A stretch of 64,000 nucleotides of DNA from Pedosphaera sp. (GTDB lineage Bacteria; Verrucomicrobiota; Verrucomicrobiia; Limisphaerales; SIBH01). The stretch lies in assembly GCA_031414955.1 (NCBI GenBank), contig JANOQV010000305.1, positions 1 to 64,000 of the forward strand. The letters run 5' to 3'. Position numbers and translations under genes: made by a program. Below the pieces are notes generated by a model. The model saw only the letters and a list, made by a program, of their open reading frames with translations. It was not told where the DNA came from and searched no databases. This document shows, one piece after another, positions 32,864 to 42,228 of the stretch; the stretch's first letter is position 1, and every line of letters begins with the position of its first letter.

Positions 32864-35800
32864 TCACTTCAGGGTCGAGAGAAACTCCACCAGGTTCCGC
32901 AGATCCCGCTTCGAGAGAATGTTTCCCAACTCCTCCGGCATCGAGGAGAGACCGCGGTCGCGCGCCTGGAGGTCGGCCTTCTTGATGGTGATCGGCCCAT
33001 CCTCCGGGGAATTGATCACGAGTTGCGTCGCGCTCTCCGACTTGATTATCCCGGCGTGGCTGTTCCCGTTTTTTAACGTGACCAGCACCGTTTCAAAACC
33101 TGGGGAGATATTTTTGTTCGGGAAAAGAATGGACTCCAGAATGGATTCGCGTGTCTGACGCTGGCCGAGTCCGGCCATTTCTGGGCCAACCTCGCCACCT
33201 TCCCCATTAATCTTGTGACAGCGGAAACAGGCGGCGTCCTGGCGCTCGATGAAGGTCTGCTTGCCGGCCTCGGCATTGCCACCGTGCAGTGATTCACGCC
33301 AGGGGCCGAGCGGGTCTTTGGCCGTACGCAACGATTCAAATTTCGCGAGCGCCGCCCTCGTGGCCGCCGCATGGGCGACGTTCTGGTTGTTCTGCGCCGC
33401 TTCCAACACGTCGAGCTGAAGCTCTTTCGGAACCTGGCCGGAGACGAGGCGGTCCAGCCAGGCTCCGAGCAGTTGGGTCGCGCCGGCATCGTTCAGCGTG
33501 GTCAGCGTGGCGAGGGCGCTTTGCCGATCCGCCAGCGCGCCTGTTTCCAGGACGGTGGCCAGTTGCGCGACGCGCTGGTTGCCTGACCCAGTCGCCACAC
33601 TGGGGGCTCGAGTCAGGCCCAGAGCAAGGGCGGCTTTGGCCGAGACGCTTTTCAAAGCGGTGGAAGTGGAGGCATTGATTGAGGCGAGCATCGGCTCCAG
33701 CGCCTTCGCTGCCACCGAGCCATCGCGCGCAGGCAGCGGACGCCACGAACCGACAACGTGATCCCGTCCCGGCGGCTGGGCCCAAAGGGCGAGAAGTTCG
33801 AGCGCCTCGGTGCGAGCCGCTTCAGGCGCGGTCGCATCGGCGGCGACAGCCGCCACCGCCTTCGCGTTGGCTTCGCCGCCGAGGCGGAAGCTGGCGTTGA
33901 GCGCGCGGCGCAAAGTGAAAGTCCGGATGGAGGCGCTGGCGTTGCGATTTCCATCCGGCAGCAGTTTCGCCAGCGCCGGCAGCGCGGCGGGAATTGGCCC
34001 GTCATGGATGGCGCGCGCCGCTTCGAGCACGATGCTCGGATCGGGATCGGCCAGGAACTGCGCCACCTCGGGCCGTTGCATCCGGCGCCACGCCAGGCAC
34101 ACACCCATTCGCACCGACGGCGAAGCGTCCGTGGCTGCGGCCAGTAACGATTTCATGTCGCCGATGCGAGCCAGCGCGAACACAGCGGCGTGGCGGAGAT
34201 ATGGATCGGCGTCCGCGTTCTGACGCAAGACATCACGCAGCAGGATCACGGCGTTGGAGGAAAACTCGCGGCCCTTGGGTGTGAGGTTCAGATTCTTCCC
34301 CGCCGCCGCCATGCCCTGGAGGGCCAGCAACTGCACACGCGGATTTGGCTTGGTGATCAAATCTGGGAACCAGCCTGCTGAGGTCTCCGCCTCCCAATAA
34401 AGTTTTGCCGCGTGGCCGCGAACTTCGCTCTCTGGATCGCCGGTGCGCAACCAAAGTTTCTGACGCGCCGCCTCGCCGCGCTTCCGCAGTTTGGGCGTGG
34501 CGGAAGGTTGCCGCGCCGACTGGGCGAGCTGGGACAAGGCCCAGACGGCGTGCAACCGCGCCTTTGTCTCACCCTTCTCCGCCGAGTTGGTCAGCCGGTC
34601 GAACGCCGCGTCGCTCGTGGCGGCACGCGCGGCCAACTCCCACTGGGCCTCCAGCCGCACGCGCATGTCCTGATGCCCGAGCACTCGGGCCAGTTCCAAC
34701 TCCGTGCGCTTCTCAAAGCCCTCGGCCAGCAGCTTCCTTACTTCGATCACCGTGAGTGAATTTGCCTGCGTCGGATCGGACACGCGGTAGATGCGGCCCC
34801 GGTCCGTCTTGTCCCAACCCTTCACCCAGTCGCTGACATAAACACCGCCGTCTGGGCCAAACTCGATGTCCGTGCAGAGAAAGCCGTTGATGAATTCCGT
34901 CTCGTCGAAAGCCTCGAAGCTCGCGCCGCGAGGACGCAATGCGAACGAGCGAACCATGCTGTTTGGCCCGCCGCGAAAATCGCACATGAAAAAATGCCGG
35001 TCATAGCGCGACGGCAATCCTGTGCCTGGATAATACGCCACGCCCGACGGCCCAGCGCCGATGTGCGCGACCGGCGGCAGGAAATATGAAGACGTGTTGG
35101 ACGGTGCCAGACCCCAGAGCATCTCGGAATTCCACGCGCCCATCTTCGGCAGCCACTGCCAACCCATGCGCCAGCCGTAGTCCGCACCTTCCACGATGTG
35201 TTCCCAGCGCGCCTTGTCGCCGCCATCGCCGTTGTTGTCGCCGGTGAAAAGATTGCCCGCATCATCAAAGGCCAGCTCCTGCGGGTTGCGCAACCCGATC
35301 GCGATGACTTCCAGCGCGCTCCCGTCAGGATTGCAGCGGAACACCGCGCCGCTATCCGCCAGCGCTTCCATGGTCAGCCCCGGCCAATGGTCGATGATCT
35401 TGCTCCACAGATTCGTGGAGGTGCCGCGATCGGCGATGGAGAAAAAAATCTTCCCGTCCGGCCCCATGATCATCCCGTGCAGATCGTGGCCGCCGAAGGC
35501 AATGTGAACACCAAAACCGTGGAGGAGATTTTGGATTTTCGATTGACGAGGTGCGGGTTGAACGGAAGCGAGTCGGCGGATGGCAGCCCTGTCGTCATTC
35601 GTAATTCGGCATTCGTCATTCTCCAAAGGTCCGGGATGCAGGTGAACCACACCTCCCCCTTGCGCGCCAGCACGCCCGCCGCCACGCCGCTGGTCAGGCC
35701 GTCGAAACCTTCCGCCAGGGTCGCCGCCGCGTCCGCCTGTCCGTCGCCGTTGGTGTCCACCAGCAGCCGGATGCGCTCAGACTCCACTTCGAGATCGTGC

Positions 35801-36249
35801 CAATCGATCACACCGTCCTTGTTGAAGTCGGAGAGGAGATTGCGTTTCGATTTAAGAAAGTCCCCCAGCTTGGGATTCGAGGGCGACAGGTTGGCTTTCA
35901 AAAAGTTCGCCCGATCCTCCACCGTGCGAAACGAGAAATCCGCATCCAGCCACTCGCTCAAGCCGCGAATGTCGAACACGGAAGTGCGGCGGCGATTCGA
36001 CTCGACCACGTAGCAACGGCCCTTCTCGTCGAAGCCGAAGCTGACCACGTTGCGCACCATCGGCTCGGCGGCGAAGAGATTCACCTTCAGCCCCGGCGCG
36101 ACGCGGAACTTGCGCATGGCGGTGACGGGATCCTCCACGGGTCCGGCGGACGTGACTTCAGCCACGTCCGCTTCCGCCGCGCGGAGGACAGCCGATCCAC
36201 TCACCACTAAAAGCGCGACCACCAGGAGTCGCGAAAAACCAAATCGCAT
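32864..36249 (-). pseudogene. PVC-type heme-binding CxxCH protein (dehydrogenase-like propeller, HEAT repeats, cytochrome c), split by a frameshift near 35530-35620
   Basis: N-terminal ORF 35470-36249 has a signal peptide, GLKVNLFAAEP, DTNGDGQAD and CIPDLWR. It continues in another frame (ORF 32864-35650) with GFGVHIAFGGHDLHG, GLRNPQEL, HEAT repeats and CFRCH. Could be a true frameshift, a phase-variable gene or an assembly error. Confidence 0.75.
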
Positions 36250-36334
36250 GGCGGCGACGATACAGACTGCCGTCAAGCTGGCAAAAGCGGATTACGAATA
36301 ACGAGCCGATTAGCGCCCACCAAGATTTCTGCTC

Positions 36335-36865
36335 TCAGCTTTTGCGATTTCTGTTTTGGCCCTCCATGAACTCCACCATCGTCCTGGCGAACGGCGCGAG
36401 GTCGCGTGGGGTGCGACTGGAGATTAGATTGCCATCCACTACGACCGGCTCGTTCACCCAGATCCCGCCGGCATTCTCCAGGTCGTCCTTGATGCCGAGC
36501 GATCCAGTGACGCGCCTGCCTCGCAGAATTTTCGCCGAGATGGGAATCCAGCCGCCGTGACAGATGAACGCCACCAGCTTTCCTTGCTCAAAGAATTCGC
36601 GCGTGAGCGAGAGCACCTTCGCGTCGCGGCGCAACTTGTCCGGCATGAATCCGCCAGGAATCAGCAGGCCGCAATAATCCTGGCTGCGTGCGTCCGCCAG
36701 GAGCAGATCGCTCGTGGCCGGGTAGCCGTGCTTGCCGGAGTAGGTGCGAATTTCCGGCGCGGCCAGGCGCATGGCATAACCCGCCTCCTGCACTCGCAGC
36801 AGCGGATACCACAATTCCAAATCCTCGTAGATGTCGTCCACGAAGGTGAGCAGTGTCATTGACAT
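36335..36865 (-). CDS. PfpI/DJ-1 family type 1 glutamine amidotransferase-like protein
   Basis: YEDLELWYP, IPGGFMPDKLR, AFICHGG, VVVDGNLISSRTP. Confidence 0.9.
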   Translation of the reverse strand: MSMTLLTFVDDIYEDLELWYPLLRVQEAGYAMRLAAPEIRTYSGKHGYPATSDLLLADARSQDYCGLLIPGGFMPDKLRRDAKVLSLTREFFEQGKLVAFICHGGWIPISAKILRGRRVTGSLGIKDDLENAGGIWVNEPVVVDGNLISSRTPRDLAPFARTMVEFMEGQNRNRKS

Positions 36866-37281
36866 GCGGAGAGTCATGGCCAAATGCGCCCAATGCGCAA
36901 GCCGCGACAACTCAACCTGAGCGTTCGTGAAAAAGGCCGAAATGTTCTCGCCATATCTTCCTTCGCCCCATTGGAATCAAGGGCATCCGACCAAACGGTG
37001 AGAGTTGACTGGCGCGTTGATGTGCGCGTGCTAATTTGCTCCATGAAACTCCGCGCAAGTCACGCTGCGAATTTCAGACTCACCAGGTCAGGATGCCTTG
37101 GTGATGTTCAAGTCACTTTCCTGAACATTTTTCTGGCGTTGTCCCACGTCCCTCATTATCTACGCTCCATCCTCAACAGGTTGTGCCCACCTCAGGTGGG
37201 TTGCCACAGCCTGTGGTGGATCAAGTCCCGGCAATGTAGGACAGAGGAATTTGCGGTTTTGGGTCTGTGCGGACTCTGGCT

Positions 37282-37578
37282 ATGCAAACAATCTTGATAG
37301 GAATTGGATGCGTGTGGGTGGTAGCGGCAAGCGCGTTTCTCATCGCGATTTGCCGGGCCGCTCGTCGTCCCACCCCCGGTCCTGAAGCGGAGGGCATTCC
37401 GGATGTTCGACCGCCTCTCGCACTTTCCGCCGATTCATCTGCTCAACTCGCATCGGGACTTCAGGATGATTTCAGTGAGTCCAGGCAAAATCCTCGCACG
37501 GTCGTGGTTCCCTCCGTTACCCCTCAGCCGCAACGGGAGGAATCGGTTCTTCGCCAGGCTCCAAACGGGGCGGCCTAA
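37282..37578 (+). CDS. Small hypothetical single-pass membrane protein
   Basis: MQTILIGIGCVWVVAASAFLIAIC hydrophobic N-terminus followed by RAARR. No family recognised. Confidence 0.45.
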   Translation: MQTILIGIGCVWVVAASAFLIAICRAARRPTPGPEAEGIPDVRPPLALSADSSAQLASGLQDDFSESRQNPRTVVVPSVTPQPQREESVLRQAPNGAA

Positions 37579-37725
37579 GACTTCCGGGACTCTGACTTTG
37601 GCAACCTCTTCCGCTCGGTGAATTAGACTCCTGGTTGGCCCGTTCCAGCAATTGCTTATGCCCGTGCTTTGCAATTGATGGGACCGATTCAACTTGCGCC
37701 CATGCGTATACTCTTGCGTTGCGCG

Positions 37726-37755
37726 TTGACGCTCCGAGCCGGCAGTAGATAAGTT
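37726..37755 (+). promoter_or_regulatory. Possible sigma70 promoter of sdh operon
   Basis: TTGACG (37726) - 18 nt - TAAGTT (37750), 30 bp upstream of sdhC. Confidence 0.35.
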
Positions 37756-37785
37756 GCGCCCCGTTCGCCGCTCACGGCAGACTCA

Positions 37786-38568
37786 ATGAATCTTTTTTTA
37801 CGGATCTGGAATTCGTCGCTTGGGAAGAAATACATCATGGCCCTCACCGGGGTCGCACTGTTGATTTTCGTCCTCGGGCACCTCATCGGCAACTTGCAGG
37901 TTTTCGGCCCGCCGGAACTCATCAACACCTATGCGCACTTTTTGAAGTCCAAGCCCGGTCTGCTCTGGGGCGCTCGGCTTGGACTGCTCGCACTCGTCGC
38001 CCTGCACATCGCTTCGGCCGTCGCGCTTTCGTCACTCAACAAAGCTGCTCGGCCCGAACCGTACGCGGGCCAGTCGGCATACGGCTCCAAGGCCCAGTCG
38101 CGCTACACGCTGGTGAGCGGTTTGGTCATTGCGGCTTTCGTGGTCTATCACCTCGCACACTTCACCGCACTATTGCCGGGCATCAATGGCGTCGGCGATT
38201 TCCGCAAGCTGACCACCGTGCTGCATGGCGAGACGGTCCCGGATGTTCACGCGATGATGGTCCTGGGCTTCCAAGTTTGGTGGGTCGCGCTGTTTTACCT
38301 CGTCGCGCAGGCGTTGCTGTTCATGCACTTGAGCCACGGCGTGGCGTCGATGTTTCAATCGCTCGGCTTCCGCAATCATGTCTGGTGGCCGCGCGTCACC
38401 TTGCTGGCGAAAGTGGCGAGCATCGCGATTTTTGCCGGTTATGCAGCCATTGCCATCGGGCTTTTCATGCGGCTGGGCATCGATCCTGATTACGTGCGGA
38501 ACAAGCAAATCGAGGCGGAGACCGTCGGAGTTTCCCCCCTCGCTACGGCCGGAAAGGAGACGAAGTAA
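37786..38568 (+). CDS. sdhC: Succinate dehydrogenase cytochrome b subunit (single large anchor)
   Basis: [20 protein letters not shown], multiple TMs with heme-ligating His (LHI, YHLAHF, MHLSHG..SMFQSLG). First gene of the operon. Confidence 0.92.
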   Translation: MNLFLRIWNSSLGKKYIMALTGVALLIFVLGHLIGNLQVFGPPELINTYAHFLKSKPGLLWGARLGLLALVALHIASAVALSSLNKAARPEPYAGQSAYGSKAQSRYTLVSGLVIAAFVVYHLAHFTALLPGINGVGDFRKLTTVLHGETVPDVHAMMVLGFQVWWVALFYLVAQALLFMHLSHGVASMFQSLGFRNHVWWPRVTLLAKVASIAIFAGYAAIAIGLFMRLGIDPDYVRNKQIEAETVGVSPLATAGKETK

Positions 38569-38569
38569 C

Positions 38570-40531
38570 ATGGTTACGCTCAATTCGAACATACCGGCCG
38601 GTCCGCTTGACCAGAAGTGGGAGAGCCACAAGTTCTCCACCAAGCTGATCAACCCGGCCAATAAGCGTAAGTACAAGATCATCGTCGTGGGTGCGGGCCT
38701 GGCCGGCGCATCGGCGTCAGCCACGCTCGCGGAACTCGGCTACGAGGTTCACAACTTCGTCTTCCACGATTCACCGCGTCGCGCGCACTCGGTCGCGGCG
38801 CAGGGCGGCATCAATGCGGCGAAGAATTACCAGAACGATGGCGACTCGGTGCATCGCCTCTTCTACGACACGATCAAAGGCGGCGACTTCCGCGCGCGCG
38901 AGGCGAACGTGCATCGTCTCGCGGAAGTGTCGGTCAACATCATCGACCAGTGCGCGGCGCAGGGCGTGCCGTTCGCGCGCGAGTACGGTGGCTTGCTCGA
39001 CAACCGTTCCTTCGGCGGCGCGCAGGTGAGCCGCACGTTCTATGCGCGTGGTCAGACGGGCCAGCAGCTGTTGCTCGGTGCTTATTCGGCGCTGAACAAG
39101 ATGATCGGAAACGGCGGCGTAAAATCTTACACGCACGCCGAGATGCTCGACCTCGTCGTGGTGGATGGCCACGCCAAGGGCATCATCGTCCGCAATCTTC
39201 AGACCGGCGAAATCACGCGCCACAACGGCGACGCCGTGGTGCTGGCGACCGGCGGTTACGGCAACGTCTACAACCTCTCGACCTACGCGCGCGGTGCGAA
39301 CGTCACGGCGGGCTGGCGGGCCTACAAGCGCGGCGCGTGCTTCGCCAATCCGTGCTACACGCAGATTCATCCGACATGCATTCCGGTGAGCGGCGATTAC
39401 CAGTCGAAGCTCACGCTGATGAGCGAGTCGCTCCGCAACGACGGCCGCGTGTGGGTGCCGAAGAGGAAAGAGGATTGCGGCAAGAAGCCGGCGGACATCG
39501 CCGAGGGCGACCGCGATTACTATCTGGAGCGGATGTATTCGGCGTTCGGCAATCTCGCGCCTCGCGACATCGCTTCACGCGCAGCCAAGACCGTGTGCGA
39601 CGAAGGTCGCGGCGTGGGCGAGACGGGCCTGGGCGTCTATCTCGATTTCTCCGCCGCCATCGCGCGGCTCGGCGAGTCCAAGGTGCGGGAGCGTTACGGC
39701 AACCTCTTCGCGATGTATCACGAGATCACGAACGAGAGCGCCTATCAGACACCGATGCGCATCTATCCCGCCGTGCATTACACGATGGGCGGACTGTGGG
39801 TGGACTACAATTTGATGAGCAACGTCCCTGGCCTCTTCGTGCTGGGTGAGGCGAACTTCTCCGACCACGGCGCGAATCGTCTCGGTGCGAGCGCGCTCAT
39901 GCAGGGTTTGAGCGACGGCTACTTCGTGTTGCCTGCGACGATCTCCGGCTACCTCGCGTCGCAGAATCCAGGCAAGCGTCCCGCGACGGACAACGCCTCG
40001 TTCAAGGAAGCGGAGGAGAATGTTCAAACGCTCACGAAGCGGATGCTCGGCAACAAAGGCAAGCGCACTCCCGACAGCTTCCACAAGGAACTCGGCAAGC
40101 TGATGTGGGATCACTGCGGCATGGCGCGCAACAAGGCGGGCCTGGAGAAGGGCATCGCGTCCATCAGCGCGTTGCGTGAGGAGTATTGGAAGAACGTCAA
40201 CGTGTCCGGCGAGGCGGCGGACTGGAATCAATCCCTCGAACGCGCCGGGCGCATCGCGGACTTCATCGAGCTGGGCGAACTCATGTGCCGCGACGCGCTC
40301 ATGCGCGAGGAAAGCTGCGGCGGCCATTTCCGCGAGGAGTATCAATACACCGCCGCCGATCCCGAGACGCAGCAGGGTCTCGTGAACCCCGGCGACGTGA
40401 AGCGCCGCGACGATCAGTTCGCTTTTGTGGCTGGCTGGGAATTCGCCGGTGCGGCGGACAAGGCGCCCATTCTGAACAAGGAACCGCTCATCTATGAAGA
40501 GGTTCACATGAGCACGCGGAGCTATAAGTGA
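38570..40531 (+). CDS. sdhA: Succinate dehydrogenase/fumarate reductase flavoprotein subunit
   Basis: [64 protein letters not shown] upstream. Confidence 0.96.
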   Translation: MVTLNSNIPAGPLDQKWESHKFSTKLINPANKRKYKIIVVGAGLAGASASATLAELGYEVHNFVFHDSPRRAHSVAAQGGINAAKNYQNDGDSVHRLFYDTIKGGDFRAREANVHRLAEVSVNIIDQCAAQGVPFAREYGGLLDNRSFGGAQVSRTFYARGQTGQQLLLGAYSALNKMIGNGGVKSYTHAEMLDLVVVDGHAKGIIVRNLQTGEITRHNGDAVVLATGGYGNVYNLSTYARGANVTAGWRAYKRGACFANPCYTQIHPTCIPVSGDYQSKLTLMSESLRNDGRVWVPKRKEDCGKKPADIAEGDRDYYLERMYSAFGNLAPRDIASRAAKTVCDEGRGVGETGLGVYLDFSAAIARLGESKVRERYGNLFAMYHEITNESAYQTPMRIYPAVHYTMGGLWVDYNLMSNVPGLFVLGEANFSDHGANRLGASALMQGLSDGYFVLPATISGYLASQNPGKRPATDNASFKEAEENVQTLTKRMLGNKGKRTPDSFHKELGKLMWDHCGMARNKAGLEKGIASISALREEYWKNVNVSGEAADWNQSLERAGRIADFIELGELMCRDALMREESCGGHFREEYQYTAADPETQQGLVNPGDVKRRDDQFAFVAGWEFAGAADKAPILNKEPLIYEEVHMSTRSYK

Positions 40532-40537
40532 AGAAAA

Positions 40538-40564
40538 CTTGAGGTCACAAATTGTGACCTCAAG
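40538..40564. promoter_or_regulatory. Perfect 27-bp palindrome upstream of ORF6N gene (putative binding/recombination site)
   Basis: CTTGAGGTCACAA-A-TTGTGACCTCAAG: 13-bp arms and a 1-nt centre. The core recurs at 40782-40798 and 40864-40890. Confidence 0.7.
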
Positions 40565-40573
40565 ATTCAAACC

Positions 40574-41227
40574 ATGAGCAAATCCACCCTCATCCCAGCC
40601 GAGCGCATCGAGCGCCGGATTCTGTTCCTGCGTGGACAGAAGGTGATGCTGGATTTCCAGTTGGCGGAGCTTTACGAGGTTGAGACCAAGGCGTTGAACC
40701 AGGCGGTGAAGCGGAACCTTGAACGGTTCCCGGAGGACTTCATGTTTCAGCTTTCCGAGGAGGAGGCGGAACTGATCTTGCGGTCACAAATTGTGACCAC
40801 ATCCGATTCAGGACAGCCAGTTTCTCAAGAATCCATAGATAAAGCCTCACAATCCGACAGAAGGATGTGGTCACAATCTGTGACCACATCAGCCAGCAGG
40901 CGGCGTGACAGCCATCGTCCTTACGCCTTCACCGAACAAGGCGTCTCCATGCTCTCCAGCGTCCTGCGCAGCCCGCGCGCGGTGCAGGTCAACATCGCCA
41001 TCATGCGGACGTTCGTGCAGCTCCGGCAGATGCTCGCCTCGAACGCCGGACTGGCCCGCAAGCTCGCGGCGCTGGAGGCGAAGTATGACGAGCAATTCAA
41101 GATTGTCTTCGATGCCATCCGCGAGTTGATGGCTGCACCGCCGCCTTTGACGGGCGGCGAAATGGGCTTCCACACTTTAATGCCTGGCAAGACGGTGAAG
41201 AAAATTTCACGCAAACGATCCTCATGA
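40574..41227 (+). CDS. ORF6N-domain DNA-binding protein
   Basis: [49 protein letters not shown]…LRSQIVT…[33 protein letters not shown], the ORF6N signature, followed by a coiled-coil. Confidence 0.92.
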   Translation: MSKSTLIPAERIERRILFLRGQKVMLDFQLAELYEVETKALNQAVKRNLERFPEDFMFQLSEEEAELILRSQIVTTSDSGQPVSQESIDKASQSDRRMWSQSVTTSASRRRDSHRPYAFTEQGVSMLSSVLRSPRAVQVNIAIMRTFVQLRQMLASNAGLARKLAALEAKYDEQFKIVFDAIRELMAAPPPLTGGEMGFHTLMPGKTVKKISRKRSS

Positions 41228-42000
41228 AAGTAACTCTCAAAGTCTGGCGGCAAAAGAACGCCCACACCGCCGGCCAGTTCAAGACCTACACTTCGCCCAC
41301 GCTGAACGAGAATATGTCGTTCCTCGAAATGCTCGACGTGGTGAACGAAGATCTCGCCAACAAGGGCGAGGAGCCGATCGCGTTCGACCACGATTGCCGC
41401 GAAGGCATCTGCGGCACCTGCTCGCTCGTCATCGACGGCAAGCCGCACGGACCGCACAAGGGCGTGGCGACGTGCCAGACCTACATGCGCAGCTTCAAGA
41501 ATGGCGACGAGATCGTCGTCGAGCCGTTCCGCGCGAAGGCCTTTCCGATCATCAAGGATCTGGTCTGCGACCGGCAGGCGTTCGATCGCATTCAACAGGC
41601 CGGCGGGTTCATCAGCGTGCGCACGGGCGCAGCGCCGGACGCGAACTCGATTCCGGTGCCGAAGGAGGACGCCGATCTCGCGATGGACGCCGCGCAGTGC
41701 ATCGGCTGCGGCGCGTGCGTGGCGGCGTGCAAGAACGCCAGCGCGATGCTCTTCGTGGCGGCAAAGGTGTCGCATCTCGGCCTGATGCCCCAAGGCCAGC
41801 CGGAGCGATACAAGCGCGTGAAGTCGATGGTGGACCAGATGGACGCCGAAGGCTTCGGCGGCTGCACGGTGACCGGAAGTTGTGAAGCCGTTTGCCCCAA
41901 GGAAATCTCGCTCGATTTCATCGCCCGCATGAATCGCGACTACGCCGTGGCTTTGCTCAAGGGTGAACCGAAGGCGATGAAGGCGGGCGGCGCGGGTTAA
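41224..42000 (+). CDS. sdhB: Succinate dehydrogenase/fumarate reductase iron-sulfur subunit
   Basis: [10 protein letters not shown] (2Fe-2S), [28 protein letters not shown] overlap with the ORF6N stop. Confidence 0.96.
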   Translation: MKVTLKVWRQKNAHTAGQFKTYTSPTLNENMSFLEMLDVVNEDLANKGEEPIAFDHDCREGICGTCSLVIDGKPHGPHKGVATCQTYMRSFKNGDEIVVEPFRAKAFPIIKDLVCDRQAFDRIQQAGGFISVRTGAAPDANSIPVPKEDADLAMDAAQCIGCGACVAACKNASAMLFVAAKVSHLGLMPQGQPERYKRVKSMVDQMDAEGFGGCTVTGSCEAVCPKEISLDFIARMNRDYAVALLKGEPKAMKAGGAG

Positions 42001-42228
42001 TCAGCGCGCGGCTGGTTCGTTGCTGGGCAAGGTGATTGCTCCTCGATGTTGGCGCCTTCATTCTGTGCCAAGGATTGTTGATCCAAGTTTCCTGCCCCAG
42101 ACAAACCGGACGAACGCTACATTTCCCCGCCCGCACGGTGGTTCACGCATTTGCCTGGCCGCCTGAATGGGGGCAGACGGGAGGTGAACGGCCCGCCTCG
42201 CAGGGCCAGGCCTGGTCACCCGCGCCGA

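Noticed and set aside
40538..40890. Palindromes as a CRISPR array or as CRP/FNR sites
   Set aside because: Only three copies with unequal spacing (239 and 87 bp), two of them inside a CDS, and no cas genes. The half-site order is TCACA-N3-TGTGA, the reverse of CRP's TGTGA-N6-TCACA.
37786..42000. Missing sdhD as an anomaly
   Set aside because: A single large cytochrome b anchor with SdhA/SdhB is an established three-subunit succinate:quinone oxidoreductase type.
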